Shown: piece after piece, positions 1 through 14,000 of the stretch
How the letters are laid out: each line of letters starts with the position of its first letter
Position numbering within the stretch: position 1 is the first letter of the stretch
Assembly (NCBI GenBank): GCA_000165425.1
Contig: CT868041.1
Coordinates: forward strand, 248,001 to 312,000
DNA from: Paramecium tetraurelia
Taxonomy: Eukaryota
DNA: 64,000 nucleotides
Direction: 5' to 3'
Notes under the pieces: generated by a model
Seen by the model: the letters and a program-made list of their open reading frames with translations, nothing else
Told to the model about the DNA's origin: nothing
Databases searched by the model: none
Translations under genes and position numbers: made by a program

Positions 1-200
1 CTTCCAATAACAATCTGTTTTAATAAAATAATGCTTACTTTGCTCAGCCATTTTTGAAACATAGTCTCGATATCTTTTTCCCTCGGAGGCACTTTTGGAA
101 AGTTTTGCTTTCCCTTTAACCCTTTAAAAGGAAGAAGTATTTCTTAGCCTTGGATGGTGGAGTAGCACAAAGTCTGATTAATCTCTATAGAATTTCCCAT
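1..200 (-). CDS. 5' part of a gene running off the window edge; unknown protein with possible N-myristoylation start
   Basis: ATG at 200 reads MGNSIEINQTLCYSTIQGQEILLPFKGLKGKQNFPKVPPREKDIETMFQKWLSK in code 6, followed by a GTAAGC..CAG micro-intron. Confidence 0.6.
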
Positions 201-372
201 AATTTATTAATTGATTTTAATTAGAGTGGGATAATGAAATTATTTAAATCTTTATTGCTGATTCTGATATTCTATTAAAAGTTGAGAGTATCTGAAATGC
301 TTGATATACTGATTGTTTATATGATAACTTAATTTTTATAGATAAAGTTAATTAATCAATTTACAATTTTGC

Positions 373-3300
373 TCACATTCCTAACCTGTTTAAATAATGT
401 TAAAATTCAACATCTATTAAATACAAAATCAAACTTACTTGTTTCGCAACTTATAACAACTTTATATAAGGATCCATCCATCAAACTAGCTAGTAGAACA
501 AAAGATTCATTCTCCATATCTAATCGATATTCAAGAGAAATTACATTAAGTGAATGTCTTAATTCCGACATTGGATGTATTTTGATACAAGTGGAAAAAT
601 ATAGGGGGTTGATCCGGTAGACTAGCTATATCCTAAATTATAAGTATCTCTCCCTTAAGAGTGGACACCAATAGGTGAGACTATTAGTATATGCTGATTT
701 CAGTTATAGTGCCCATGTTGTTGTAAGAATATCTCTAAATATTCAAACCATTAACTCTAAAAATGATATTGCTCAGATAATACCTGGTTGCTATAATTTA
801 ATTTTTGCTTGTATATAATACAATTAACCCATTCCCATTGGTGACAATATTCTGTACTTTTTCTCCATCCATTAAATCAAGTTTAATATCATTCAGGAAT
901 AATCCAGAAATGATAGAGTGAATTTATAGTTTCCCAATTTTATCCAAACTTATGACAACTTACAAAGTATCATCAATATGAACGCATTTGATGGTTCTAT
1001 CATGTCCATAGAGTATTAAAGATGGGGTGGAGAAGAACGAAATTAACTTATCATTTGAATGAATGGCCTTCCATATAGTCACTCTATTGTCTTTTGCTCC
1101 TAAACATAATATTTTCAATTTAGGGGAATATGATAAACAAGTGACTCTCTTTTTATGTAATTTGATTTTATGACTAATCTAAGCTGATTAAGATTTGTCT
1201 GCAATTAAGTTATATATGTAAACTGCGCCACTTAAATACCCACAAACAAATAGAACATGGTCATCGAACTGAAATTATAATTCTTTTGAATGCAGTTTCT
1301 CATTTCCTCTAATAGAAAATGATGAGGCATTTGCCAATTTGTCATCACTTTCTCTTCTCTCTTAATTACTATTAAATCTAAAATATTTAAAATAAATACT
1401 TTAATTTGTACACTTATTTGTCATTCAATAAAACATATAAATTTTCACTCTCCTTGTAGATTTTTATAGCTACTTTTTTATCAAACTTCATAATTTTCTT
1501 AGAATTGAGAGACTTTCTTTCACTTAGGAGTTTGATTAAGTTTATTGGTGTAAACTAAAAGGACTCCTATTTTTGTTTAGGCCAATGAGGCTTTGTAAAT
1601 AGTTGAAATGGCACCTAACCAAACTACTATATTTAAGCTAAATATCCCAATCTTTCTTAACTTGGTAATTTCTCTATGTATGTTATACACGAATCATAGG
1701 TTAACCAATGATATAGGTTATCCTTTTTCTTTGCCTCTTCACCATAGGCATAAGGCCCAAAAATTAAATTAATCCAATTATGCAATTTCTCACTTACATA
1801 ACTAGACTCAAGAGCCTACCTATTAATTTCAATAAACTCCTCGCAACTTGATGCCCATGGAGGTAATACTACATCATCTACTTAATCTTGATTCTATCTC
1901 TGACCAAATTATATCTTATTAATATTCTTCAGAAATTCTGGCAAATAAAAATACTCAGGAATGAGTTCTCTATAATCTTAATTATCATTTTAGCAAGATT
2001 CCCAAATGTTTGAGATTGAGAAAAATATTCTATCAGGTTAATCTAATTTACCATCTTGTAATTCGCAAGACAATGTTGTAAATGGCTCTATTCTCACTAG
2101 AGTATTAATTATTTAAGCAGCAACGCTATAATGAGATCCAAATAAAAAGAATTCATTCTAAGTTTATTTCAAGGATTCAGACCTAATTTTACAGTTTTTC
2201 AGTCTCTCCTCATTTTAGGAACTAATCATCTTCTCTAAATCCCTGTATATCTCTCTTTTTGTCTATAATAATATTAATTAATTTAAATTACTAAATCAAT
2301 AGTCTTGCTTTTATAGTCACTAATAACCCAGGGGAATATTGGATACTAATTCAAATCATTAAAAGATCTTCCAGAATATTTGTTGATTAACATTAGATAC
2401 TCAAAATTGGACAACTTGCCTTTCACCCATTTCTTAGTATATTCCTTTGCTTGAAATTCTAAAATTAATCTAACATTTACCTCCTCTTTTGTCTATCACA
2501 ATTGTGAAAAAATTGTTCTACTTGATTTAATTCAAAAATTGCGTTCTTCTCTCTTAATCATATAAAACGAAAAAGTAAGATTTAGTGTTTTTGCAGAATA
2601 TCTCAATAGCAATTTCTTTATGTGAGTATCTCCTAGTTTGAATTTCCAAAATTTAAGAGGTGTTTATAATTTTCTTCTTCTTCAATTTTTTTAAATTATA
2701 AGGCTATTAATATTATTATATTATGTAATACTATTGTTCCATATATATAGAATTCCTTATCTGGACGTTCTTAGCCATCACTTTGGAATTGAATGACTTT
2801 GCCCTTTTCTAATAATTTTAATTCACCATATACTTGCATCTTTACCCTAATCCATTCACAATGATATAAATTAGAATCCAATAGCATTGATTCACTCTAT
2901 TATTGATGCCACTCGATATTTTTATCACTCTATATTTCAGCCATATTTTATAAATTCTTGGTAATTTATATTGCATGTTTAGCTGATATATTACAAGTTT
3001 AGTTTCTTGTATTTCTTCTTCCAATAAATTAACTTTTATCTTTTCTGTATATGCTACTCTATTCTAATGCTAACTTCTCATTCTAAGAGACATAATTTTG
3101 GATTTCAATCTATGGTGCCTCACCTGGAGAATTCCTTCTGAACTCAGAACCATTTGATTTCATAATAAAAGGAGATTACAATTCCTAGGAGAATGTGTTT
3201 TGCACCTACATAATAGGTATGTTGAATAATGAAGTCTAATCCAGGTATTCTACATTTTATTATGTAGCAATTTGATTTTGAGGAGCTAATTTTATTGAAT

Positions 3301-6300
3301 TAGTGTTTGAATTTGAACCCTCTGATTCCAACTAGATAAAATTTTATCTTTATTATTCTGGAGATTCCCCTTGGGATATCATAGAACTGTTTTATTTCAT
3401 GAGATTCAGTTGAAATTGTTGGCAATTTATGTAGTCATCTCTGCATTTTCTTAAGTCCTTCACAAAAAACAATGATCTTGATAAGGAATCGAAGTAATTT
3501 GTTCTCTTATACACTCCTTTGCTCGAAGTAGAACCATTTTATAATACAACCTTAACACTTCTTAACTTACAAGATCTCCTTTCTTATGGTTCTATATCGA
3601 AATAAGTTTAGGTTGTGATGGATATGATGAATAGGATAATTTCAATATTCTCTAAACTTAAGAAAACTTCAGCCAAACTTGTATCCTCAATAATATTGGC
3701 CCCTTAATAGATTACTTTAGCCTCTTAATTTAATTCATAAGTTATCTTATGTTATATCTACTTCTTTATCATGTTCATTATGAAATTTGAATCTTGTATG
3801 TTCTAAGCTCTAATAACCTTCAAGACATCTTTGATTTCAGCAATTTAATAACTGGACTTAAATTTCTCAAAATCTAGGTACTGCATTTCTCTACCTATAG
3901 AATAATAATCAATAATACTTTAAATTTCATCCACTCCAAAGTTCATAATTTCCTTTTCAACAGTTTCTACCAAGTTTTTTTAATTCCTTGAAAATATTGA
4001 TTTTATTTAATTATCTAGTAATCTGTTCTCTATAAGGATGAAATTATTGATGACTCCTTAGAATGTTTTCTAGAATTATTAGTTTGAATAGTAGGATCCT
4101 ATATTCACACTGAGAGGATGTTTTTCAGAATGCTTTTTGATGTATTCTAATAAGAATGGTTTCACTTGGAAAGGCTTCTCAACCTAATTCTAAATATTTA
4201 TTATAAATTTTCCTTTATGTCTATCATCGAACATAAACATAAGTAAAATAGTCTCATCCTTTGATTTTTATGTGTAAGAGATGCTGATTTCTTACATTTA
4301 TTATTCAGAATTGAGTATTGCAACTTTTATGAGATTATTAAGAGGATCTTCTGGATATAAGAATTAATTAATCAATGACACCGTGATTAAATCAACTTAA
4401 ACAATATTTTATTTTTAATTTGTTGTTTGATGCCCACCTTTTTCTTGTCTCTCTATATGTCCAGTATATGCAAATAGGACTTATTCTTTTTTATATATTT
4501 CATCCAGTGATTTTGCATTTGAATTGATGAAATGGAAACCTTCCCTTTTGAATTCCATTAAAATTGTAAAGTACTTCCATGATTTATTTACGCAGATATC
4601 TTTGTAATTTTTAATGATGATTCCACTATCCTTTCCCAATAACTGGAATTATTTTTAAAATTTCGTTTCAGAACCACTATTTGATAGATTTTCCAAGGTA
4701 GCTCCTACATATTGTGAGAATGCAGACTATCTAAACACTTTGTTTTTTTACGATTCCTTAGGTGCATTCTAGATTAACTTCTAAATTTAATCATTTCGAA
4801 TGAATGACAAAGATCTCTTTAAGACTTCCTCCATTGATTTTTATAAATTCTTATTCTTCTGGTTCCTCATACACACTAAAAAGTTCTAAGGATATTTTAA
4901 GATTTCATACTGACAATCGAATGGCTTCTCTAAATATCATCTTATTATAATCATTCATTGAAATTAGTATACCCAAGAAGTGGAGACATTTAAGTCTTAA
5001 TTATTCTGAGGGAGTTGTATTAAATAGGAAGGATTCAACGAGAACCTATAGATAGATGGCTATTTGCATACCTTTAAACAAAATTCATTTTAGATGATAA
5101 TCTCTCCATATTACTCAGCTGTATTAGTCGCATTCTTGAGTCTTATAAATCTACTTATCATAGAAACAGAACAATCGAAAAGTAATTCTATTAGTTCTCT
5201 TATTTAGTCATCTGTAAATAAGTATAAATTTTATTCTAAGTATGATATAAATTCATCAGCAAAATCAATCTAACATAATTTCAATCCTTCAGTTAATAAC
5301 CACAATAATTTAATGAACTCTTTTAATTGGTACACTAAATTAGTAGTATTATTAATGCCAGAAATCAGATTGATTATCAAACTGTAATAATTGTTCACTT
5401 GAAAAAAATCTTAGAAACTTCTGTTTACTTTAAACTACTTGAAATACAGACAGTTAGCATATGGATCATTCTAGGAAAATATTTATTCCACATTTATTGA
5501 AGCATTCTCAAGACACAAGTACTAACAAATTTAAAGAAGGGCATGGAATTTTTGTGGATGAATAATCTTTTTTTGGCTTTCCATTTCTAAAATTGATATA
5601 AAAAAACTGTTTCTAGTTCCTAATGAGTGATCTTTATTCTCTAAATACAGAGTTACCACCATTTAAAATACCAGTAAGTAAAATCGATCTTCAGGATTCA
5701 ATTTAGTCCAAATATATTGAAAAATCTTCTATTTCAGATTTGGACTAATAAATTGAACTTACATCAAGACTTTCTCTATTGTGGCCATTATCCCTTCATT
5801 TGATGATAGGGATGGATCCACTATAAATTCGATGGATAATCTAATCAAATTTTAGATAAGCAGGTTCTATTTAATTAGACTCTAATCCAATGGGTAGAGT
5901 TAGTCAATAAAATGTAATAAAATGGTTGAAGATGATGACACATACTTTTAAATATTATGGTGATAACGTAAGATAACCAATAGACCAGCACAACTTTTTA
6001 TGTCGTTTGATTGTTTCGAAACTGGCGTTAAGGAGAAAAGGAGTTTATCTAAGCCATGGATGTAACTTAACCAAAAGTCACGCTTTTGATCATTAAGTTG
6101 ATTGCAAGTTTGAAATTCGAGTGCTAACCAAACAACATCAAAGATATATATGACCTCTTCTAACAATTATTCATTGTAATTTGTGCCATTTATAAATGCT
6201 TAAGATTTAATATTGTCTAATATATAGGAAAAATGGTTTACTTAATATTTCAAATGATAAATCGATACATTATTAATCATATTCAAATTAAAAATTAGAA

Positions 6301-7226
6301 TTCTCAAATGTATTCTCTAAAAACTATCTAATTTATTAAAAGACGGTTAGGCTTTTGGAAATCAACCAAATTTTTAAGGCCTAGAGACTTAAATGAGTTT
6401 GATTATTCAATTTTTATAGATTAGAAAATATCTGATATGATGTTTTACCCTGGCTTTCTTCATTATATTGGAATGTCTACTTTAATAGTATTCTAGTGAC
6501 GTGAATTAGCTTATCTGAGCAATCGCAATATTCTTGCATCAAATCAATTATAAACTTGGTGTCATGATAGCGAATTTTCATTGCCCATTCCTTTGGGATC
6601 TTTGAACATAGTTCTTCGCTCTGGAGTAATTATCTGATGAATATTTAGAGCAAGATTTGTCCTTCATTGTAGCATTTAAGCAAAACATCTTTCATTTAAT
6701 TCACTAAATGGATGTATGCCAATTTGTAAAACAATTTGCTTTCAGGTATGGCATTGTAATCATCTTGCACCTCCTCTATTTGGTTTTATGCGTTGATCTC
6801 CAACAGTGAACTCGATTGATGAAGCAGCATTATGATGCATTCAAGCAGAATTGATTTGCAAATGGGGTCTTGGGGTTCAATGATCTGTTATAAATATTCC
6901 AGAGTTTTAATTTCTATTTTGTCGATTGATTACATAAACTTTTTGAAGAAATTATAACGAAATTGCTATTTTTCGATGTAAGTGATGTGGTATCCATAAA
7001 TGAAGAATGTGATAATCACGATTTTCTAATTAGAGGATTAGAACATTGCTAATTGTTCTTAGTCAATTAATATTCTTTCTTTGTTCTGTTCAAGACATTA
7101 TACAAAATCACTCGGGCATTAAATAGATTGAGCTTGACTTAAATAATTAATCTTAATCCATTAACTATCCAAAAATGATTTAAAATCATCAAATTAAATG
7201 AGTGGTTGTCTTTATTAAATTAGCAT
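373..7226 (-). CDS. Large BEACH-domain protein (PH-BEACH-WD40 C-terminus), several micro-introns
   Basis: PH segment EIQTRRYSHKEIAIEIF..KSYFF. BEACH motifs [91 protein letters not shown]. WD-like repeats follow; the protein ends ..HYLNRLGM-TGA. The N-terminal frame was continuous where checked. Confidence 0.9.
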
Positions 7227-8066
7227 TAATATTTTATTCGATAATTTAATATACACTTAGGTAATCTTAATCTCATTAATTCATAAAAAAAGATTAAATA
7301 AAGTCACCAAACGAATTCGAACCAATCCAAAGATTGATTAATTTGAATGCATCGACCATTCAGATTGCTACCAAATATCCTCATTTATTAAGTTAATTTT
7401 GGGTGTTGAAAACCCTATGATATTACACTTAAAAGACATTCATTTTAGGTAAGTAAGTAAACGGTTCAATGGTAATCAAGCTTTTAAACATAAGAGTTAT
7501 ATAAAAATAAACTATTTTTAAAAACAGAACCTGTGCTAGAGCGCGCAAGAGTTTTGAGTATCGCAAATTTCTTCCTATCTTGAATCACAGTAGAAATCGG
7601 GACCTATTCTGACTCATGTCCAAGTAGGTTAGAAGTTTATGAAGTAACTCTTTAGATGAACACAATAACTTTTGGGAATAAACCTATATCATTGAGATTT
7701 GAATGATCATTTATTTTTACGGGGAATATTTATAATTTGAGTCATTCAGAATTATGAATATTTAATTTTTTTTTTTAATTAATAATGCATTATTCATATG
7801 AGTTCTAAAATACAATTCAATTTTATTTGATATTATTAAATGAGATGAAATTTCATTAGAGTGTAGAAATTGTTAAAATATTTATATACTTTAGGTTACA
7901 TATGTTTAATTACAAAAATGAATAAGTTAAACTAATGTAATTTAGATTTCATTGTTCTTCTAATTAGATATTCTAATTAGAATAATGATGTGAAATTTAA
8001 AAGTTATGATAATAATGATAAAATATGATGATATGATTTTAAATGTAAAGATTGATAATTTGTAAA

Positions 8067-11000
8067 TCAAAGCTACCTGCTAATTTTAGATTTTGAGAAT
8101 TCGCATTATTGTTTTTCGAAATTCCATCTGCATCTTTAGTTGGTGATAGTAAGACACGCTTTCATGTTTAATCCCGGCGTAGGTGGCAAACAAGCAATTG
8201 AATCAGTAGGTTAAACTTTGACACAAAAGTGCTGTTTAGAATCATAATAGACAGGTTCTGTGTTGACAAGAGCACAAGCATTAACATTGGCAAGCGCATG
8301 AGTTTGAGGTGTAACAATAGAATCAGATTCAGGTATGGAAATGCATAGCCCATTGAGCCATTTACAATTTTAATTCAGAGTGGTGATAGACAGACAGGAT
8401 AAATAACTGAGATTTTAATTGCAAAGAGTGATTTTATCATCGACAAAAGAAGCACAAGTGCCAAATTGAACAGGTATAGGTTAAGAAGTCTTGAGCTTTT
8501 TGATTTGAACAGTTTCAACTTTCCAATAGCACTTGGTAGTAGCCTAACTGACACAAGCTACTTTATTGATGTTATCTAGACATAGAGGGGAGTCATGGAA
8601 GTAAGAGGAACATTGGCCTTCCTTAAATTAACACATTTGTCCAGATCTTACAATATTGAGACATGCTCTCATGGATCCGAAGGCAGAAGTGATATCTGCA
8701 CATTATTCAAAGACAGTGGATTCATGATACTTGCACTGTTCATTGATCCAAATGCAGGGCAATGAGAGGACCATCTAACATTGTTCAGCAGATTGCAATT
8801 GATCACATGAAGTAGGTTCTGCTATTTAGACACAAGACTTAGTAGATAGATTGAACACACAGTTTTTGTCAGTAGATTTGATGCAAGTGAGTTTGGAAGT
8901 ATTCAGTAGAGTGCATGTAGTGATTGGATTGGTGTATTTGATACACTTGGTGCCATCCCATTGGCAATCCAGAAGATTTTACAATAGACAAGTATTCATA
9001 TCAGGAGCCTTGTTGCAACAATCAAATAAAGTGTTGTCGCACTCGAACATCGGTTAGGTTGGTCCATAACAAAAATCAGTGAATCTGCATCTTAGAGTAG
9101 GTTTGGTGTATTTGAGACAAGCGTACTCGTTTAAGCCTCTGATGCAATCCAGATTATCAGTGGGCAGAGACTCTACACATCTGTTTTGGAATTGATCATA
9201 TCGACAGGCAATGTCAGTTGGTTATTCACAGAAGTAAGGTGAATTGATATTGGTAATGTTCTCACATTCCTCATTTTTGAATTTGATTAGATCTTCTTAT
9301 TAACATTTTGATGATGAAAAACGACAATATTAGAGAGGAGTTGAAATCTATATGCATCCAAATTTATTCACTACTTTATCACAATTCAGAGTGGCTAATT
9401 CAGTTGCCAATACACAATTATTGCTATTGTCTAATTTGCATGGTTGTGCACTCACATTTGTACAATCTGCACTGCCTGAACAACTTTTTGCGGCTTCTAA
9501 ACAAAACTAATCAAATCTGCAAGAGGCCAAAGATTCACATGCTTATTTGTTTATTCCTCTTACACAAGAAGTAATAGGGTCTGAATCCAAATCGATTTAC
9601 TCGCATAATTTTGTAAATGAATTGAATTTGCAAGGCACATCATTGGCTTATTCACAATATTCTTATTGATTTACATAACCGATACTCTCACAGGATTTCA
9701 CTGTGATATCTTTTGGCAAAATAAATTAGCATTTATAATCCTTATAAATACAATATTGAGTTGGATTAGTGATTTAAGAACAGGTAAATTGATTTACTGG
9801 TTAATCACATGTCAGATTAGCTAAGTCTTCTACATCAACTTCAACACATCCCTCAGTTGTGTAGATAACTTATTTACCATCTGTTTGATATTTCATACAT
9901 GCTAATTTGTTAAATGATATCATATTAGATTATGGCTCATTCAAATCCATGGCTGCAAGTACTGAAACGCACTTTTAAGTAACTCTGTCATATTTACAAG
10001 CTACTGACTCTGCGGCTGTGCATGTGATTGGATTTGTTGGAGTCAAATTATAACAAGAGACTACTTGAAGTGGATCGATTGCTGTACATCCATTATCAAA
10101 TTTACAATACTGTTTAGCAGTCTTAACAAACAGACATTTGTTCTCATTTGTGAAGTGTTGACAGGTTAAATTGTTTTCGTAAGTGGAAATACAAGTACTT
10201 GTAATATCATTGAATCTACAGAATTCCAAGTCTGTCTTCATGATGCATCCATATTTATTCAGTCCATTCTGAGTACAAGACAAAGTAGTAGACGCAGATA
10301 TTATGCAAGTGTAAGTAACTGAATCGAAAATGCACGCTTTTTAATCAATTAATCTACTGGAGCATGTCAATGGAGATGCTTGAATATTGGCCAAAGATAC
10401 ACAAGTTTCAGAATCCTCTACTGGTTGACATTTGTTTTAGTAGAACTTACATTTTAATTTTAATTAGACACAGGCATTCCAATTAAATGTGGGATCACAG
10501 ATCTTCGATTCATTAATAGTCTTATTACTTAAGGTTGAACATTGACCATTCACAAATTGACAAGTAGGTTTTGTCTATTTTAAACATGTTAATTCATTTA
10601 AGCCTGGGGAATTGCAAGCATAAATGAATGGTTTAGGTTGATCACCATTTAGACAGCATCCTTTGACTGAATCATAAATCAATATCAACTGTTTTCCTTC
10701 CAACTCCTTATAATATTAACAAACAGAGGGTGAATATGGGAATGTTTCCAACTTAGTAATCTAAGCAATGGTTGTGAATGCACTCACATCATAATCCTGA
10801 CATTGATTATTTGTGGACTTACAAGTCAAATTAAGACTGAAACATGCTACTAAATTGATTGGAGAACTACAAGTAACTTTACTTAAGTCAGGAATTGCTT
10901 AGCATTGTCCATCAACAAATTAACAATAACCAGTTGAGTTTAGATAACAACCTAATTTACTTAATCCTGTTGTTCCACATGTTATTTTATCTTTAATTCC

Positions 11001-14000
11001 AATCGAATTGCATTTTTGAGTTCTATCTCTAAAACAAGCAACATCTTTAATTTCTGAACATGACTTTGCATTAAATTTAATCATCTTCTTAGTTGAATCA
11101 AAGAAATTAGTACATGATGCCACTGGTTTTTTATATAGAATTGAATAACATTTTTAATCCTCTTCTGACCATCCACAAGACACTTTGGTTAAGTTTAAAC
11201 AACCAAATTTATTAGCCAAGGTGCAATCCAAACTATCTAATGAATAATCTTCACATGCATTGTCTAGCCATTGACATGATTACAAATTACTAATTATACA
11301 TGCCAACTTATTTCCATTCTATTACTTAATTAATTTGCAAGTTGAATATATATCTACCATCGAACAAAATTTAGTAGATGGAGATTTCCAACAAGAATTC
11401 GAAACTTTGGGACACCCATATGAATTTGTTAAAGAACAATCTATTAGTTTTGATACATCTGAATCACTTTATTCCACACATTATCCATTTTTCCAAGTAC
11501 AATTCTTACCAGTTGTCATACTTAAACAACCATCTTTGTTGGCATCCTAACATCCTGTTTACTGTGTCACTAATGAATTACAATAATTAGTGGTTGAATC
11601 ATAAGCATAGGATCCACCAATACAATAAATGCATGTTTGTTTAGTGACTGGCAATTAATTAAGAGATGAACAAGTAGCCTATGCTGATGCCACACATTAT
11701 TCATTTTAGAATGCACAAGGAAAATCCATTTATACGCAAGCTTGTCTTTTGACTAAACTAGACACACTCAACTTACTGATGTATTGACATTGATAAAGAT
11801 AAAAAGGAGATGTTTAATCGAAAGATGGTGATGTATACACTTGTTGGCAATATCCTAAAGTGAAATCACATCCATTAGATAGACAGGCAAGTTAACTGAA
11901 TGTTTCATTGCATTTTTTCTTTTTTGTATCTGAAGAACATTTAGCACCATCATAGTAACAATTATCACTTACTTTACTACAAACAATAGGACTCACTCTT
12001 CCTAGTCCTTCTGCATCTTTACATTTAGAAGGTGCTGTCTACTTGCACACCTATTCCTCACTATTAGGATATCCATCACAAAGATCAATCTTAGGAAATA
12101 TTATACTTGTTGAATCATCTATAATACATGGGGCATTAGGATTTCTGGACTTTAAACAATTATCACCAATGACATCTTCACATGATAAGATTTATTTTTC
12201 ATTTCCAGCAATTTCAAAACAACCTCCCATTTGAATATCAAATGCACACACAGATGATAATTATAAACATGCTCCTTTACTATATATGTTCGAGCAGTCA
12301 TCGTCGAAATCAATCACTTCCTCTTCACACCACCTTTTTATTCCCTTAGATGTATTTCCATCAGCATCTGTGATATCTACTTAGGCTTCCAACCAAGCTA
12401 AGTTTTTCAGAGACATAAGTTAACATGTAGTGGTCAATTGGTCCCATTTACAGTATTTCTCAACTCTGCATTATTGTAAGAATTCTTGATCGGGTTAACT
12501 ATCAGGATCTGGAGACTTAAAACATTGCAATGTTCCACCATACTCTGCAAATTCATAATTGATAGATGCACAGGCTATCTTATTAAATAAAAATTCATCT
12601 GATTAATCTCTTAAATCACTACATTTAGTTGAGTCTTCAACTTTAATGTATTTGCATTCATAAGTTGATTTAACAAAATAACATGCTTATGGTACTTCTG
12701 CACACATTTATAAACTGATTTAATAGGGTGAATCACAAGACGTTTGAATTCCAGTAAAAGCTTAACATCTTTTATCTGCACTCTAGGCTTTGTCAAAATA
12801 GCATTTCTACAGCATTGTACTGAATAAACAGGCATCAACATTGAGTAACATACTGCCATCACATAAGATGTTAGGTTCTAGGGGATCTTCAGGTTTTTTT
12901 TACTCCTTGTAAATATCAGCAGCTGTAATTGGACTGCACAAATAAGTAGTTGGATCATATCTGTATGGTGCTCCAAAGACTTACACACAAGCCTCAGCAT
13001 TGTACAAATTATCAGCTACTATCAATTAGGATTGATTGCTCTTCAATCTCAAGCATTTTAATTTCAGGATATCCCATTCACATGGTTAAGTAGTTATTTT
13101 TAGACATATTGCAATATTGACATTGTCCTCACACCCTAATTAAGTGAGTGGCTTATCATTTTCATAGCATAACATTTCCTTATCGTCCCATCTGCAATCT
13201 CCTTTAGTTTTAGCATAACAAGCTATTGAGTTTCCATCTGGCAAATCACAAGCATCTGATTCAGCATTCACATCTTTACACACATGCTTTTTATCATCAT
13301 ATCCACAGATTTAACCGTCTAATTTGATATTCATACATGCCAATCTACTGACAGTACCTGTAGTAGATCCAAAATACTTACACTCTACTAAGGTAGGTGC
13401 ATCTGTGCATTTATGTGTCTAATAAGAAAAGAAACAACTTGCTTTTTGGATGTTTACACAAGCAAATTCATTCAAATTTTAATCACAATATGATAGATTC
13501 TCAACATAATAGGAATCTACACTCTGGCATTTCAATTCTGATTTCGACCATCTGCAATATATTTCAGGATATTTCATTTAACAAGCATTACTATTTAACT
13601 CAGTCGATCCACAATCTGTTACATCTATGATATCTGGATCCTTCTTGCAATGTTTCCCTTCGTATCCAAAAAACAATGCAGAATTAACATCTGTTTTCAT
13701 GGCTTCAATTGCTAAACAGGCATACTTATTGAGGATGGCAGCAGCATCAGTGAATATGGCCAAATTTGGATATAAACTGTAGTTGATATTCACACATAGA
13801 TTTCCATTGAAATAACATCTTTATTGGGTTGACCACTCAATCATATGACAAGAATTCTTATTCATGTATGAACATTTTAATTGCAGTGTATTGTAATAGT
13901 CTTTTACTTATTTCTCAATCGTAATATCCACCATGTCTATTGTCAGTTCTGTGCATTTTAATTCATTACTAAAATAACAATATTGTCCTGTTGAATAACG

